A stretch of 64,000 nt of DNA from Eledone cirrhosa (lineage: Eukaryota): positions 278,442,001 through 278,506,000 of the forward strand of contig OZ024742.1 in the NCBI GenBank assembly GCA_964016885.1, given 5' to 3'. A model generated the notes under the pieces. The model saw nothing but the letters and a program-made list of their open reading frames with translations, made no database searches and was not told where the DNA came from. Both the position numbers and the translations under genes were made by a program. This document shows, in pieces, positions 12,799 through 27,631 of this stretch. How positions within the stretch are numbered: the first letter of the stretch is position 1; the number at the start of each line of letters is the position of its first letter.

Positions 12799-14319
12799 CA
12801 AAGGTTCTCAAAGTGGGCACTACCACTCCCAGTGGACGTTGGGAAAGTCCAGGTGGAGCTGCGGCCTAAGGGGTGGTGGTGGTGTTGTGGTAGAGATGAT
12901 ATAATAGTATATTAAATATGAAATGATACATCTGTATATATATAAAATTAAGTATGTGTGTGTGTGTGTCTGTGTGTCTGTGTATTACCTATAGGGGCCT
13001 ACATCTTACGACCGATCTTCAGGAAAAATTACAGGCTCATAGATTATTCATCGGGGAGTGTTTTCTATATATTAGTGTATCGTTCTTTTATTCCGGGGTC
13101 GTTCTGCAGATAAAGATCGATAGGGAGCGTCACCTTTTTTTAGGTATCGAAAAATAAGATTTTTGGCTCTAGCTCCCACATTTTGCCACCGATTTCGTTC
13201 AAATTTTAAAGCAAAATAGAATTTATCATTGCACATCCTGTAAGCGCTTTATATTTTGTATTTGTTGTTCAGGAACGGCGCGGCAGCCGCTTAAATATTC
13301 AAAAATACTACTTTTAGACTCAAATTTCCACTTTTTCGGCTCTAGCTCCCACATTAATCAACCTACTTTGTTCAAATGTTACACTACGCTAGATCTGATT
13401 ATTACATGTCTTAAAGTGGCTTTACATTTTGGATGTTTTTTTCAGGAACGTCGTGGCAGCCGCTTAAATATTCGAAAATACCACCTTTTCGCACAAATTT
13501 CCGCCTTTTCAGCTTTAGCTCCCACATTTTTCAACCGATTTCGTTCAAATTCGAAACTTCGGCTCCACCTCAGGTATAAATCAATATTTTTGGTTCAACT
13601 TTTATACTACGATAGAGCCTATCATTGCACATCTTATAGTACCTTTACACTTTGCATTTTTCGTTCAGAGACGGCGACCTATCATTAGCTCCCACAGTTT
13701 TCAACCGATTACGTTCAAATTCGAAACATCGGCTCCACCTCACACATAAATCAACTTATTTGGTTTAACTTTTATACTACGATAGAACCTATCATTGCAT
13801 ATCTTATAGATGGTCAAAGGCAAAACGATGGCCACTGACGTCGTCTGAGCTTTTAGCTGTGTATTTGAGAATTCATCGGTTTCCAATCAAGAAATTTGGC
13901 TTAGTGTTAGAGGTCATTACCTCCCTCCCCCAACATGCCCCTTCATCTGTCACCCGCGTTTCTCAGTGATAGAGTTCATCACCATCCTCGCATGGCCTGT
14001 GTGTGGCCATAGATGAGTAATGAAAAGCAGTCGCTAAGATCAACACCTTTTCACCAAAGCAGATATTATTTTACCTACCCAGGCAACGCTGGGTACTGTT
14101 GCTACTATTATATATAAATATAGTAAAATAAAACAATATATGATATTTATTTACACATATATATATTATATCATATATTATAGTTAAATCAACGATTTTA
14201 TTTATTATATTTTTACAATTTGCATGTTGGTAGGTCTCTCTGGAAATAAGGTTGAAGGGCGCTGGGGGTATTACGTGGACCTGAGGAGGGCGGTGGCCCC
14301 AACAGTTTGAGAACCCATG
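12799..14319. mobile_element. Non-autonomous hAT (Charlie/Buster-like) element hosting a Helitron
   Basis: TIRs CAAAGGTTCTCAAA / TTTGAGAACCCATG; 8-bp TSD ATCTAGAC/ATCTAGAT. Confidence 0.7.
12931..14105 (+). mobile_element. Non-autonomous Helitron with internal tandem sub-repeats
   Basis: A|TC..TATATAAAA 5' end; 3' hairpin CCCAGGCAACGCTGGG then GCTAC|T; repeated TAGCTCCCACA....CAACCGATTTCGTTCAAAT blocks. Confidence 0.72.
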
Positions 14320-14344
14320 ATCTAGATATACTATAATCAGTGTG

Positions 14345-14645
14345 AGTGTCACATCGAATGGAATAGCATCGACCTCCGTCGGTTTCGACGAAAAGTGATT
14401 CAGTGGTTTGATCAGTGGAACAGCTTGCCCGAAGAATTAGCTTGCAAATAACTGAGTTTCATTCCACAGACACGTGTACACTTAATGTAATTTACAGAGA
14501 GATTAATCGGAACACATTGTGTGACAAGCTACTCTTTAAATTATAGGTAGATGGATAAATATTCCATCGACACGTGTACTCTTAATATAAACCTCAGTGA
14601 GATTCAGCGGTACTCAACATGCACAAATGTTGAATTACAGGTATA
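14345..14645 (+). mobile_element. Degenerate second SINE-like family; related copy ~60105-60290
   Basis: TCCACAGACACGTGTACACTTAATGTA...GAGATT...TGTGACAAG...AATTA.AGGT motifs repeated locally and at 60 kb. Confidence 0.55.
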
Positions 14646-15369
14646 ATCCATCCGACAAACCTCCGAATATTTTTTCTCCGCCCAATTAAGACTTGGGTTT
14701 AACCGATGCTATGTTTAATAAAATCTATTCAAGATACCAATAAAAGCACATTTCTGAACTGCTCGACCATATATATAAACTATGATATATATAAACTATG
14801 GTTGTGGCATGCTAATGGTACATATATAGCAACTCAACATACTTATGAAAGAAAGGGGTTGGTTGACGAATGAGTTCAAGAACACTATGTTCCCATTTCT
14901 AAGACTATCTGCTGGTCGCAACTCTTGGCTGAACATAAAGATGTATACATACATACATACGTTCATACAAACATGCATGCAGGCATATATATATACATGC
15001 ATGCATATATATGTGCATGCTTACATACATGAACGCATAGATATACCCGCGCATACACCGACACACGTACATATATACATGTATGTAAGTAAGGATATAC
15101 GTGTATATATATGAATACATGGCCATATGGTTTAGAAGAGGTTGTGTAGAATAATGTATATGAAAATCCCTGCTACCAGTGACAATAGTGATAGAAATAA
15201 AGAGCGGAATAGAGATATGTTTGTAAAATAGAGATAGAGAGAAGAAGGAGGTATGAGGAAGAGAAAGAATGAAAATCAACGCAAACTATTAAGAATCAAG
15301 AAAAAAAAAAGGTTTTCCTAAGACGGAGGCAATTCTTGAAATCTTGAAGTCCTTCAAATTCACTTAAAA

Positions 15370-15402
<33 letters not shown>

Positions 15403-15612
15403 TGGTGATGGTGATGGTGATAATAATAATAATACTAATAATGATGTTAAAAAAAAAAAAATTCGTGTAATTTCAAAGTTTACCTGAAATTTTCTCCCGA
15501 AAGCGTATTTGCCTGGGTAGAATTAAAATTAGCCGTTAGATATAGCGCTGTTGATCTTGGTAGCCTGCAGGACGTTGTAAATGTTAGAAGAAGCATAATG
15601 GTTCTGCTTCTT

Positions 15613-15664
<52 letters not shown>

Positions 15665-16023
15665 CACTACTACTACTACTACTACCACCACGTTGTTTAT
15701 ATTACCAGTGTCTTTAAATAACCCATTTAGGATGGCCTCTATTTTTAAAACAAGAAAACAACACAGGTTGTCATGAAGCATCATGTATTGTACTCGTAAC
15801 AAATTTATATTTGAACAATGTTCAAATTACATCGCAGGAAGATTCTTAGCGGCTTACATTGCAAACAACGTAAAATAAATATGCAAATAAATATAACATA
15901 AATTTGAATTTAATTTAAAATATTATAGTTCTAAATACATTAGATAACTTATTCTGTCATTTGTTTTTCTTTAGTAGAATATTAATCAAACTCCTTTCAA
16001 GAGTAATTAAAATCCAAGCATAA

Positions 16024-16155
<132 letters not shown>

Positions 16156-17739
16156 GTCCATACATTTTTGATATTTAATTTAAATATGAGCGCTGTAAAA
16201 CCACCAGATACTATAAGTGCTTTTTCACCTTTATCGATTTTAAAATCCTCATACGTTGCTCAATTTCCTGCTAAGTGGTATTATCATAATCATTCTGATG
16301 TATATAATAATATATATATATATTTCAAAACAAAACACAAAAAAAAAAACACTATAAATTTTGGATTAATTACATCGTCATGTGGCTAAGCTAGTTTTAG
16401 AGTATACATTCAAAATTTATATAAAAAATAGAATGCTAAACGGATTAAATGTTATATTAATCTTGAATAATATTATCTATATTGGTGGAATGGAAACGTC
16501 ATCAATTACTTTTATCGTAATAATGATAAAAATAATAAGCTGCAATCTTGATTTTTGTTTGTGTCTCGACAGGATTATGCCCGGCGTATTAAACGTTTAA
16601 TACTAGGCATCACTCGTAGATATCTCTAAGTCGTGGCTTAACGTGCTAGAAACAGCAGCCAAATTGCACAATGAATACCATCCTTCTAACTTAAAAAATA
16701 AAAACAAAGCAAAACAAAATAAAACGCTGGGTGAACATATAGGATAACGTAGTTCTAGATAATTACAAATAAACAGCATGGGTACGGCTGGAACGCCTGT
16801 GAACATATCTTAGTCAGATAATAATTATACTGGGATAAACCAACAAAAACAACATTTGATTGAGTGAAGCAATTTCTCCGTGGTTGCTCGACTTGCTACA
16901 AATAGTAATAGCCATTATGCATTTTAATTCCCATCTTTAACTCTTTAGACACTAATCCAACGGAAACCGCCACTAGTTCTGCTATAAAAAATCATTTACT
17001 TCAAACTATTCATGGTTAAATTTAACCTTACCCCACCCCTACCATAATTGTAAAAATTAAATTTGTTGTTGTTTCAAAATATCACCTGCATAATCATCAA
17101 AAACTTAGTTACATTACAAACAATCCCACGAAATTCTTGATTATTTTCAAAATTAATAGAACATCATATACACAGTAAATGTCATCAGAAGTATGGTAAC
17201 GAAAGCGTTAGAAAAGGCAGATCACATTTGATAATGCAGTTCTAAATAACTATAAATAAAGAGCATGACTGCAACTGAAACACATTTCATCACAGAGCAG
17301 CTGGATTATGATAGACAACTTTAACAACTACAAAAATAGCGAGGAAGTCAGTATGTGGTCGCTAGACTTGAAAACGATGTACACTTGAAATTGTAGTCTT
17401 AGAAACCCCAAAATAGGACATTATCATTTGTTGAACGCATTACATTATATGTCAAATGGATTAAGATTGAATTTAAGCGAAGCAAAACAATGTTTAAGAC
17501 CACAAGTAAGATGTCTATTGATTGACTTGAATGTGGTATCACTCATAACTCCATACAGATATATAGCAATAAATTGTGATGGGAGGGAGGTTTGGCTGCT
17601 ATTTATGTCAGATCTAGTTTCTTACATACATACATGCATACATACATACATACATACATACATACATACATACATACATACATACATACAAGCATGCATG
17701 CATACCTACGTAAAGCGTAACGACCCCATTCGGCCACGA

Positions 17740-18012
17740 ATGGCCACGAGATTTGTACCTAGAAAGTTGGCCTAGACGCAATGCCGAACAAGGTGATTTC
17801 GTGAAAGACAACAGTCAACCATGCGTACCAGTCTCCTCTCTCCACGCCTCTTATTTTGTTCACGGGAAACGCTAAGGCCAATACTACTTGGCAACAGTGA
17901 CATCGCCACTCATTTCTACAGCTGAGTTAACTGGAGCAGAGTGAACTAAAGTGTCTTCTTTAAAAGTACAACGCATCACCCGACCAGGGAATCGAACTCA
18001 CAACTTCACGAT
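17740..18012 (-). mobile_element. Degenerate tRNA-headed SINE (third family)
   Basis: Minus-strand B-box GAGTTCGATTCCC near 17985-18000 followed by a SINE-like body. Confidence 0.45.
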
Positions 18013-18039
18013 TTATAAATAATATAACCAGCAAAACAT

Positions 18040-18478
18040 ACATACAATGCAATCCGGAGAAATGATAGTCCTGGGAATATAAATATAAAAATTACCTTGA
18101 TGTGGAAGGCATAAGCAAAGAGTACAGGTGGAATGTTTCAGTTAAACTCAAATAAAATGAAAACATAAATCAGATATAATGATATGGAACAGAGAAAAGA
18201 AGGTATGCACAGCAGATGCCAATATAATTCTAAAAATTAGCGAAGGGAGAACATTGATACTGAACAACTGATGAATCTGCAGATAATTCACCTTAACTAT
18301 ACAATTAGAGTTGTACCTGTGATCATTGGGGCTCTTGGGTATGTTACTAACTCCTCCATTACAAATCTTGAGAAGCTGGGTTTCATAGAACCAGACAGAG
18401 CATGGCTAGTTAGGAATTACAGTCCATTAATGGGAGTGTAAAAATATCTGAAACATTTCAGACATTCAGCATGTAATA
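18040..18478 (+). mobile_element. 3' relic of an R4/Dong-like non-LTR retrotransposon (restriction-like endonuclease region)
   Basis: Translated fragments KSDIMIWNREKKVC and VVPVIIGALGYVT match typical R4-clade REL motifs. Confidence 0.6.
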
Positions 18479-20514
18479 ACTACATATAAACATATAGAGC
18501 TGCAAAATCATATGCACGTGTACACATATAACTCAAAACGTAGATTCACACATGCAATAACACCCATACCTGTACATACACACACAAACACACACACACG
18601 CGCGTTCACAGACATACACAAACACACACACACGCGCGTTCACAGACATACACAAACATACAAACACATACATGCATGGGTACGTATTTATATTCTATAG
18701 CGGGCCATGTTTCTATGTTAGAAACCGGATACATGTTCGTGAAAATGTCTAAAATAGTAAAACCAGAATAACATACTGTTCTTTATACATAAAAACATTT
18801 ATACATGCATACACTCATACATACAAATATAGAAACATACACAATAGAGAAAGGCAACATAATGTGATTTTTTACTGTTCGTCAGGTTGAGACATGTAGA
18901 TATCTGTATGGTTCGATCCCCATATCCTGCATAAAACTGTCTCCCTGGGTCTATCTTAACAGGGAGATTAATTGTATATAGATATGAGTCTGTATATTTA
19001 TTTATTCATTAGCCTTTATCAGCTTCATTGAAATTTTTTTTCAATTTTTCTATTTATTAATTACAAAACGAACTTAAAAGGGAAAAATAAAACATTTAAT
19101 TAATGTGGAAAAAAAATCAATATTACAAAAAAGAAATCTATATATTTAATAAAATAACATCGTAGATATATTACTTGTTTGAAAGAATTTCTTAACAGAT
19201 AGTTCAAATTATAACTGTTGCACTTCAATGGTCAATGGTAAGTACGTAAATCAAAATATATTCGATTTTTTTAACTATAGATAAATGAAAACAAAGATAC
19301 TAATGATTTCTTCTGAGCACAATTGATTTCTGATATAGACATGAGCTTGGTATTTCTGCCTGAAGTGTAGAGTTGGGTATTTCACATCCCTAGCACACAA
19401 CTGGTATTTATTCTATCGACACGAGATTTATGACTGAAACTGAAGACATGACGGAGCCCTTCACTTTCAAAGGCTGAACAGAGCTAAACTTTTATAGAGA
19501 GGGTGGGGTGCATTGGCTACAGTACTGAACTGTCATTTTATATATTGACTCCAAAAGAACGGAAAGTAAAAGTAAGCTTGAACTCTGACTGCAAAGAGCA
19601 GGAACGAATACAGCAAGGCATACTGTAACGGATATATTAACAATTCGCTGTTTTATATCTCCTGAGATGACAGCACTTTAATATTTCGTCATTTTTCACT
19701 TTAGTAAAGGCAGCCTACTTTTTCTCTATAGGAAATCATCTTCACGAACAAAGTGTGTATTACGCAGAATGGCTTTTTACTACGCGGTCATCAGTAACGA
19801 ACAAATCATTCTGTTATTCGTTAAAAAAATATAAAAACATGACAGTAGTATTTGCTATGCATTTGTATAGTGTATGAAATATAAAAAAAGAAGTTTGTTC
19901 ACCTTTTTTAAGTGGATTTTACTATTAAAATCATCTCTGGTTAACTTCGAACTTCAAATCTCAGTAAGTCAATTTTTAGGCACACTGTTGTTCGCATAAA
20001 AAAACAAGGAGTAGTAAAAAAATTAATACAATAAGTAACAACAACAATATGTTTTAAAAGAAAAAAATAGGTGATAAGGATGAAGTGATTTAAATAATTT
20101 ATACACCGGATATCAGAAAATCGATATCAAAGACACGTAACATCTTGTATCGATCTGGTATCATTTGGTAATGTACATGAACGAGTTGAACTGAATGCAT
20201 AAGAAAAAAAACATCGTTTTTATACGTGTGTGTGTGTGTGTGTGTGTGGGTGTACGTGTGTGTGTCTGTGTGTGTGTATCAAATTTAATATATAAATGGC
20301 TTAGAACTATTTCATTCGAAAGAAATCATAAGGATGGTTTGTTTCGAATGAAACAGTTCTAGTCCTGTAGAGGACATTTTAAAAATTAAATTTGAGGTTT
20401 ACATTCTAAAAAAGTATTGAGTACCTTACTTACTCTGGTTACCTCCGATTTAACCCGGGACTCACGCACACACACACACACATATATATATATATGTATG
20501 TATGCATGTATGCA

Positions 20515-20875
20515 CGAGAAGATCAAATGGGATGTGCGTAAGCAATGCCCTGGTTTATATTTCGAAACAATCGGTGTCTCCATTGAATTGGTGTGCCCTG
20601 AGTGTGGACATATTTGCTTGAGCAAATCTTGTCTCAGGAGCCACAGTAGCAGCCATGGTCAGAGAGAACCAGTGAACTATGATCTCCACGGTACTATGAA
20701 GGTTCACAGGCAACCTGATGCAAGATCTGAGGCCAGGGAGATCCATAGCTGTCGTCAATGTGCGAAAGAGTGCATGTTTTTAGCATGTTTCAAAAGACAT
20801 ATCCGAGCGTCACACATCTGAATCTGACAATCGATTGCAATACTCTTAGAAGAGTTTGCAGCCATCATGTATGTA
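20515..20875 (+). mobile_element. Probable LINE (RTE-like) 3' end encoding two C2H2 fingers
   Basis: CPECGHICLSKSCLRSHSSSH and CRQCAKECMFLACFKRHIRASH, then stop and short (TGTA) tail. Confidence 0.5.
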
Positions 20876-21217
20876 TTATTGATTCCAATACTACAATGAA
20901 GATATATCACGGAGAAACTCACCTGTTACCTCTAGGGGCACGTGTCCGAAGTGCCAAGGCAGCAACACTGAAAAGAACAAGGAGGTTGAACCTCTAGAAG
21001 TAACATATGCCTACCTAAAGCTGTCACATTTCAATGAGAAGACGATAGCTGTTGTAATATTGCTGGCGCAATAGGAACCCTCACTGAAGAGACTGTTCCA
21101 CACACACCGACCTAATATACAACTGTATTTCCGTATTTACTAATTGTCCTATCAACAAGACAGAACTGTGCATGCGAGCGTATGTAGTTCTTTGTACTTT
21201 GGAAGCAACGTCTAGAT

Positions 21218-21462
21218 CAGTCATGGGCAACCTGCGGCCCGCGAAGTTTTCTGAATGGCTCGCCTAAGTCACCTAAGTGATATCTTTCTAATATTTTTAC
21301 CCAACTTTTCAGTCGCACAATTTATCTCTCTATTATTTTTACGATCTAGGAAAACAACGTGTACGAATATTGAAGAAACAAATCAAAACAACCTGAGTTA
21401 CTGCCCTGATGATGAGCCATATCTCATGCGGCCCACTTCTCGAAAAAGGTTGCCCATGCCTG
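21218..21462. mobile_element. hAT MITE
   Basis: TIRs CAGTCATGGGCAACCT / AGGTTGCCCATGCCTG; perfect 8-bp TSD GTCTAGAT; GCGGCCC subterminal motifs. Confidence 0.9.
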
Positions 21463-22059
21463 GTCTAGATGCTGCACATAGTCTAAAAAAAACACATGAC
21501 AATGAGAGATTCTTCTGTTAAAATTCATCTTGACAGATGCCGCTGTGATGACATTGTGGTCACCATAGAGGTGACAGAAAGGAATATGGGCAATTTTAGA
21601 ATCAAAGAGCCAATTATCACAAACAAGAAATAAAAACACAAATAAAAACATATTTGAAATGCACGAAGGAAATCGACTATTATAACTAGTTCAGGCATGC
21701 GTATTTCAGACACGTAGGCCAGTTAAGGAAGAACACCGATAGATTGTTTTTGTTTTGAAACGTTTCCGTTGCACATTTGAAAAGTGGGTTATACCCCTGA
21801 AATATCATACTGAAATATACTGGGTAATGCATTACTTTGTTTTGTTATATTTGTCATCCCTTGCCCTTTATATATTTGTAACACATTTTACTGGTCTTAT
21901 ATCACAGACACAGACACAGACACACACGGAGATACAAACAAACACAAACACACATACAGACACCACACACACACATATATATATATGTATATATGCATAT
22001 ACACACACACTAATATATGTATACACTTCCACTTATATATATTCACTCCCACGAAAGAA

Positions 22060-25000
22060 TTTCTGAGTCAAATGATCCAGATAAAGAATGATCCTCTTCG
22101 CCCTAAGATGGGGAACCCTGAAAAGCAAAAAATTAACAAAGCAAAACATTGAAACATGTAAAAAAAAACATCTTTCAGCATTTCAACATACACACAAAAC
22201 CGCAGCCCAGAAAACGCTGAAACAAATAAACAAAACAAAACCAGATACTTCCACAACACCAACACCAGATCCGCCAACACTACCACCACTACCAACGGCA
22301 GCACATTAAAATAAAGGAAAGCTCGCACAACCGCATCAACCAGCAAACACAACAAATTTCGTAATAGTAAAAAGGGACGTTCAAGATTTGATGACCCTCT
22401 TAGCAAAAGTAAATAATGAGAGAGAGGTGGAGATCTTTACCACCTGTACCTTCAAAGTTCAACAGATATTCATGATGGTGCGAATGCACCAGAAACATAT
22501 GGAAGCATTAGAGAGAGCGACATGCATGTCGCGGGCACACCCAATGTAAGAGCAACAAGTTGTCTCTTAAAGGGATTCCCAAAGGATACACCATCAAAGG
22601 TAGAGATCGAACCACCTAATCAATCTCCAACAGCACCCTGATATTAAGTAGCCACACCCATTTTTGTCTTTTAACTAACCAGTTAGCAAGGCGATTATGT
22701 CACGAGGTCAGGATTTCCGATACGCGCACTAGTGCCCATTTTTGACGACTATCAGATCTTTGCATCTCTTAGTCAGTCTGGAATAGGAGATGGGGTGACA
22801 GTGTTTATCATAAAACGGCCTGGATTTGGAGGTAAGGACGATCACCCTTGAACCGGACGTTAAATTGGTGGCCCTGGATGTGAGCACTAGGCAAGGTAGT
22901 GCCTTTAGACTGACCGTTTACGCCCCTACCGGAGCTGGACAATCGAATTTCTTCAGACGTCTTGATGTATTTATAGGAATGACTTGCCATTTACTGTTAG
23001 TGGGTCACTGGGACGACATATTGGGCTCACGTTGGGATTGGGTGGGAGTAGCAGTTAGAAGCTGGGAATGCGAAAGCCACTAGAATCTGACAAGGCAGTT
23101 CCAACTGTCTGACAAGAACGAACCAGATTTCCCGAATGTGCCAGTGTCATTTATAGATAGCTTTTCATTAGGTTAGCAGATAAGGAGAGCATAAGGAGTC
23201 CAGAATTCTAAACGGTCGCCTAATCAGACAAAAAAATTCGTGATTTTTTTGCAAGGTCGACCAAGATAGAAAACGTGGACAGGGACTCGGTTATTGGTAG
23301 CTTGACGCGTCTTTAACGCAATGACGGGATTAACACTTCAGTTAAGAGAATGTTGACAGGAGAAGTTGGCAGCAACAGGTCGTAGGGATGATCTCAAGAG
23401 AGAGATTAGCGTAGAATCAGTATATTTTAGTGAAGAATTAGTGATGCAACAAAATAAAAAGAGGCCAAATTAGAAAACGCATTTGGGAGTGGCACTCCAA
23501 CCGACGTGATTGCGGCGAGTATGACACTAGACCATTTCTTCAATGCGAAACACAAAAACTGCATTGTCAGAGCTAAAGCGTGTGCTCTAAGAAACGAGGG
23601 AATGAAAGCTGTTCAATGTGCCTGAGTGACTGACGAGCATTCTGACAATAAAACCACAATCCAGTCATTGACGGACCGACACGAACACGATTCCAGGCAG
23701 ATGTGTGCAGCTTTTCGCCAGTACTTTTCACGACTGTTCGAAGAGAGCGGGATTCGGAGATGCTGGTGTACTTTAATTCTTACATCGATGGCCTGATGGG
23801 GAGTGCTGATAACAGCAGACGAGGCTCGGGAAACCCTGGCCGACTGTGCGAGGCGTAAATTGCCTGGTTTGAATGGCCTACCCTGTCAGATTTCCGGAGA
23901 CATGCCAAACTTCTTCGTTGATCTTCTCGAAGTCGTCTACTGTCCCTGGCAGCAGACCGGGAGAACTCTCAGTTCAGTGAGTCGGGGTGTAGTAATGCTG
24001 ATGAGGAATGACGAGAACTAGAGGGACATTATAGATAAACTCTGGCCATAGCTCTGGTAAACACATAGGTTAAGACTTTGGTCAAAGGGCTTGCAACGAG
24101 GATGGTGCTTGTTGTCGACAGCTAGGTTGGATAGGCGCGGATGTGCGCAATTCCGACGAGGTTCATACAACCATCACCCTGTGCAATACATCATAGAGAG
24201 GGTAGTGAGTAAACTTGGCAATGGTGGCGCTCTGAACAATTTGTGTTGATAGGGTCGACCATCGATACCAAGTTGCTGTCCTCGAAGACGCCGGCTTCGG
24301 GCTCGTCTTCTGAGATTGGATCACTGCAATGCACAACGGTATCTTTCGGTGGTCAAGGTTAACAGCCACCTATCGGAATCGTTTCAGATCACGCGTTCAG
24401 TTTGTCAATGCTGCCCTATTTCCTCCATTATCTATACACTGACTACCCAGCCATAACTGCGGAAGCTATAGTTGCTGCAAGTCATCCCGCTAGATCCGAA
24501 ACGTGGAAGGGCTGCGACGGCATACGCAGATGACGTTAACGTGACGATGTCAGCACCTCGGAAATCGAGCTGTTCGGTAGCTTGTTAGAGGAATATAAAA
24601 GTTTGAAGGGAGCAAGGATTAACCCCGAAAAGTAAGTGGGTTTGCAACTCGGCATCTAGAGAGTTAAATCCATGCAAATCAACAGCGCCGTCGGTGATGT
24701 CATTTAGACTTTGTTTTCGAGCGGGTTTTTTTAGGTCGATAAGAACTGGGACGAGGTAACGAACTGGCTGGTCACTCTCATCCAGAAATGGGCCGAGAGG
24801 ATGCTATCCCTCATGTATCGTGCTTTGCCCTCGTGCACTCGCCGCCAAATTGGAACGCCTGCTGTTCCACTTCTTGTGGAAAGGACCGATTATATTGACG
24901 AGGCGGTCCATCTACTGCCATCACCTTCTACGCGGCATCTCCAGATATGTCTAACACTGAACAAGTGTGGACGCCGTTTGTTCGACAGGTCTTTTCCCAG

Positions 25001-25060
25001 CACATCTCTTTGATTGTGTTGCAGTCGTGGCTCAAGCGAAAACCGAGACTGGATCCATGA
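22060..25060 (+). mobile_element. Heavily degraded Tx1/L1-clade LINE (APE endonuclease plus RT)
   Basis: FRLTVYAP, LLLVGHWD (GDWN-like), KLPGLNGLP, DRVDHRY, SFQITRSVCQCCPIS, AYADDV in order, with many stops and frameshifts. Confidence 0.85.
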
Positions 25061-26149
25061 AATTATTAAAATTATTACTATTATATGTTTTGTTAGTTTT
25101 CAAAATGCTGGATATTTGATGTAATACTCTTAGCTTCTAAAAAGCAGATGTAAGTTACTCTCATTTATATTTTCAATTGTGATCATTTCGTCGCGCCGTG
25201 ACCAATGAAATAATTGTTTATAATATAATTACAAGGCAAGGCATATCAAGGGACTTGGCATTAGTGGATTAAATCAAACCTCAGTATTGGGAGGGGTGAA
25301 AAATAAAGTTAACTTTAGTGAAATCGCAGCGCAGAACGTAAAGAACTGGAAGGCATACAGCAAGACAATATATCCAACACTCTCGATCGGAGACACAAGC
25401 CCAAATAATCTTTGGAAAGTGGTGTTAGCCGAATAAATTGATCTTAGCAATTGACATATTCATCAACAAAGTTGTTGACCTCGGTGAGATTTGAACACAG
25501 AACGTAAAGAGACGAAATCATATCAACACAAAGTACATCAAATGTACTTTGTTTAGATTTAAGAGACTAGTGACCTTCTCTTCCATCCTATCTTAACCAC
25601 TCAGAAAAAAAAAAACTGTGACTTTTTGCCAAATCTAGTAATCGGTATTCTTTGCCAATTTTGCAAACATCGGAGAAGAATAAAAAGTATAATTCCATTA
25701 TTCGATTTCAATTCAGTTTTGCTTGAGTAAACTAGGAAACGACTATCAATATATTTAATCTGATATCGTAAGTTGAAACTAAAACTTATATTGTGATAGA
25801 GTCATATTAGCTATTTATACTGACATGTTCTACTATATACTAGTAAATTCATGTATTTTTGTTACAACAATCATCATCCTTTACAGTCATTATCCACCTA
25901 CTCGGTGAATTGGTGGAATCGGTAGAGCGTCGGACACCTTGCTTAGTGGCATAGAGTTACGGCCCTTTACATTCTGAGTTAAAATCCCCCCTTTCATCCT
26001 TACGGAGTCGATAAAATGAAGTACCAGTCACGCACTGGGGTCAATCTAATCGACTTTCCTCCTCCCCAGAATTGCTGGCCTTGTGCCTATATCAGAAACC
26101 ATTATCTACTCACTGTCGCTGTTAATAAACTGTACAATTCTTATCCTCT

Positions 26150-26580
26150 TATTAACCATAAACTTATTGATCCCATCTCTATCTCGTTTTTGGCCTTCCT
26201 CGACGAGGTGAACATCTTCCTCTCGATTTCCATTCTACACATAGCTTTGTCCATGTGTTGTCATTTCTACATGATATAACCTGCCTACCTTGATTTTTTT
26301 CTTCTTTGTTTCGTAGTATCTAGTACTTTTGTTTGCGCTTTTACTCATAGACGCAGTTTTCTGTCATTTTAGTTATTCCAGCCATGTATATTTCCAAACT
26401 TCGTAGGATTGTTATGCATGTCTGTTCCATGCTTTATGCATAGGCCATTGCTGGTATGATGTTCTAGTCAAACGTTCTGGCTTCTATGCCTAGTAGCATC
26501 TTACTTTTCTTGATGTCATTGATAATACGAAAAAGCACGCACGCCGGGTTCAATTCGTCTTTTTACTTCCTATAGACTAT
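26150..26580 (-). mobile_element. RTE-like LINE 3' relic
   Basis: Minus strand reads NDNTWTKLCVEWKSRGRCSPRRGRPKTR, resembling the RTE C-terminal W..W.P...R.RGRP motif. Confidence 0.5.
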
Positions 26581-27019
26581 GCTTAATTAAATTTCGCAAC
26601 ATATTTCCCTGTCTTTCTGTTTTATCATCGCATATAGCAACAACTAAAGCATGCAGGTATCATACAAATGAAATTATTTTATCGTGCTTTAATAAGCAAT
26701 ACGTCTTTAATGGATTAATATATATGTGATATATATAAGCAATATAAATATTAAAATGATAAATATACATTGCTGCATTCGCTCCTTATCTCAAAGTAAT
26801 GGAATTGAAAGTGTAGATTAAGTAACACCCAAAACAGTGAAAATCTGCGAGAAAGTCGAAATTGCAAAACAATAATAACATTTCTAAATTAAATAAAATA
26901 TATGATTAAAATAGATGAAATTCGTGACAACGGAGGTATACCGCTGTAAATAAATAAAATTAAGTAAACTTTTATATTATTCTTTTAAATCGCAACTGCT
27001 AAAACTCATTGGAATTGAG

Positions 27020-27130
<111 letters not shown>

Positions 27131-27137
27131 TATATAC

Positions 27138-27213
<76 letters not shown>

Positions 27214-27598
27214 AGGGAGAAAGAGACGATTATGAGGAAGAAAAATATATTTATATATATATATATATAGGTATAAACATATGTAATAACTTCATTTTTC
27301 ATTTAGATGTTTGAATATATCCATAATGGCATGGTTCACGTTTACGCATTTACTCTCTAAATAGATGTGTGGATTCTTGTCGAAGATTTTTAAAAATGTT
27401 TAACATTTTAAGAAATTCAGCCATTTGCATTTGATCTATTTAAGTAATATCATTCATAATAACTTCTATATAAAGGTTTATTCTTTTAACCCATAGATTT
27501 CTCTTTATTAAAAGTTGTCACGTAGGTGAATATAAAGGTGGTTTGAAAAGGAAATTTTTAAAACATTTCAAGAATATATGTATATATATACACACACG

Positions 27599-27631
<33 letters not shown>

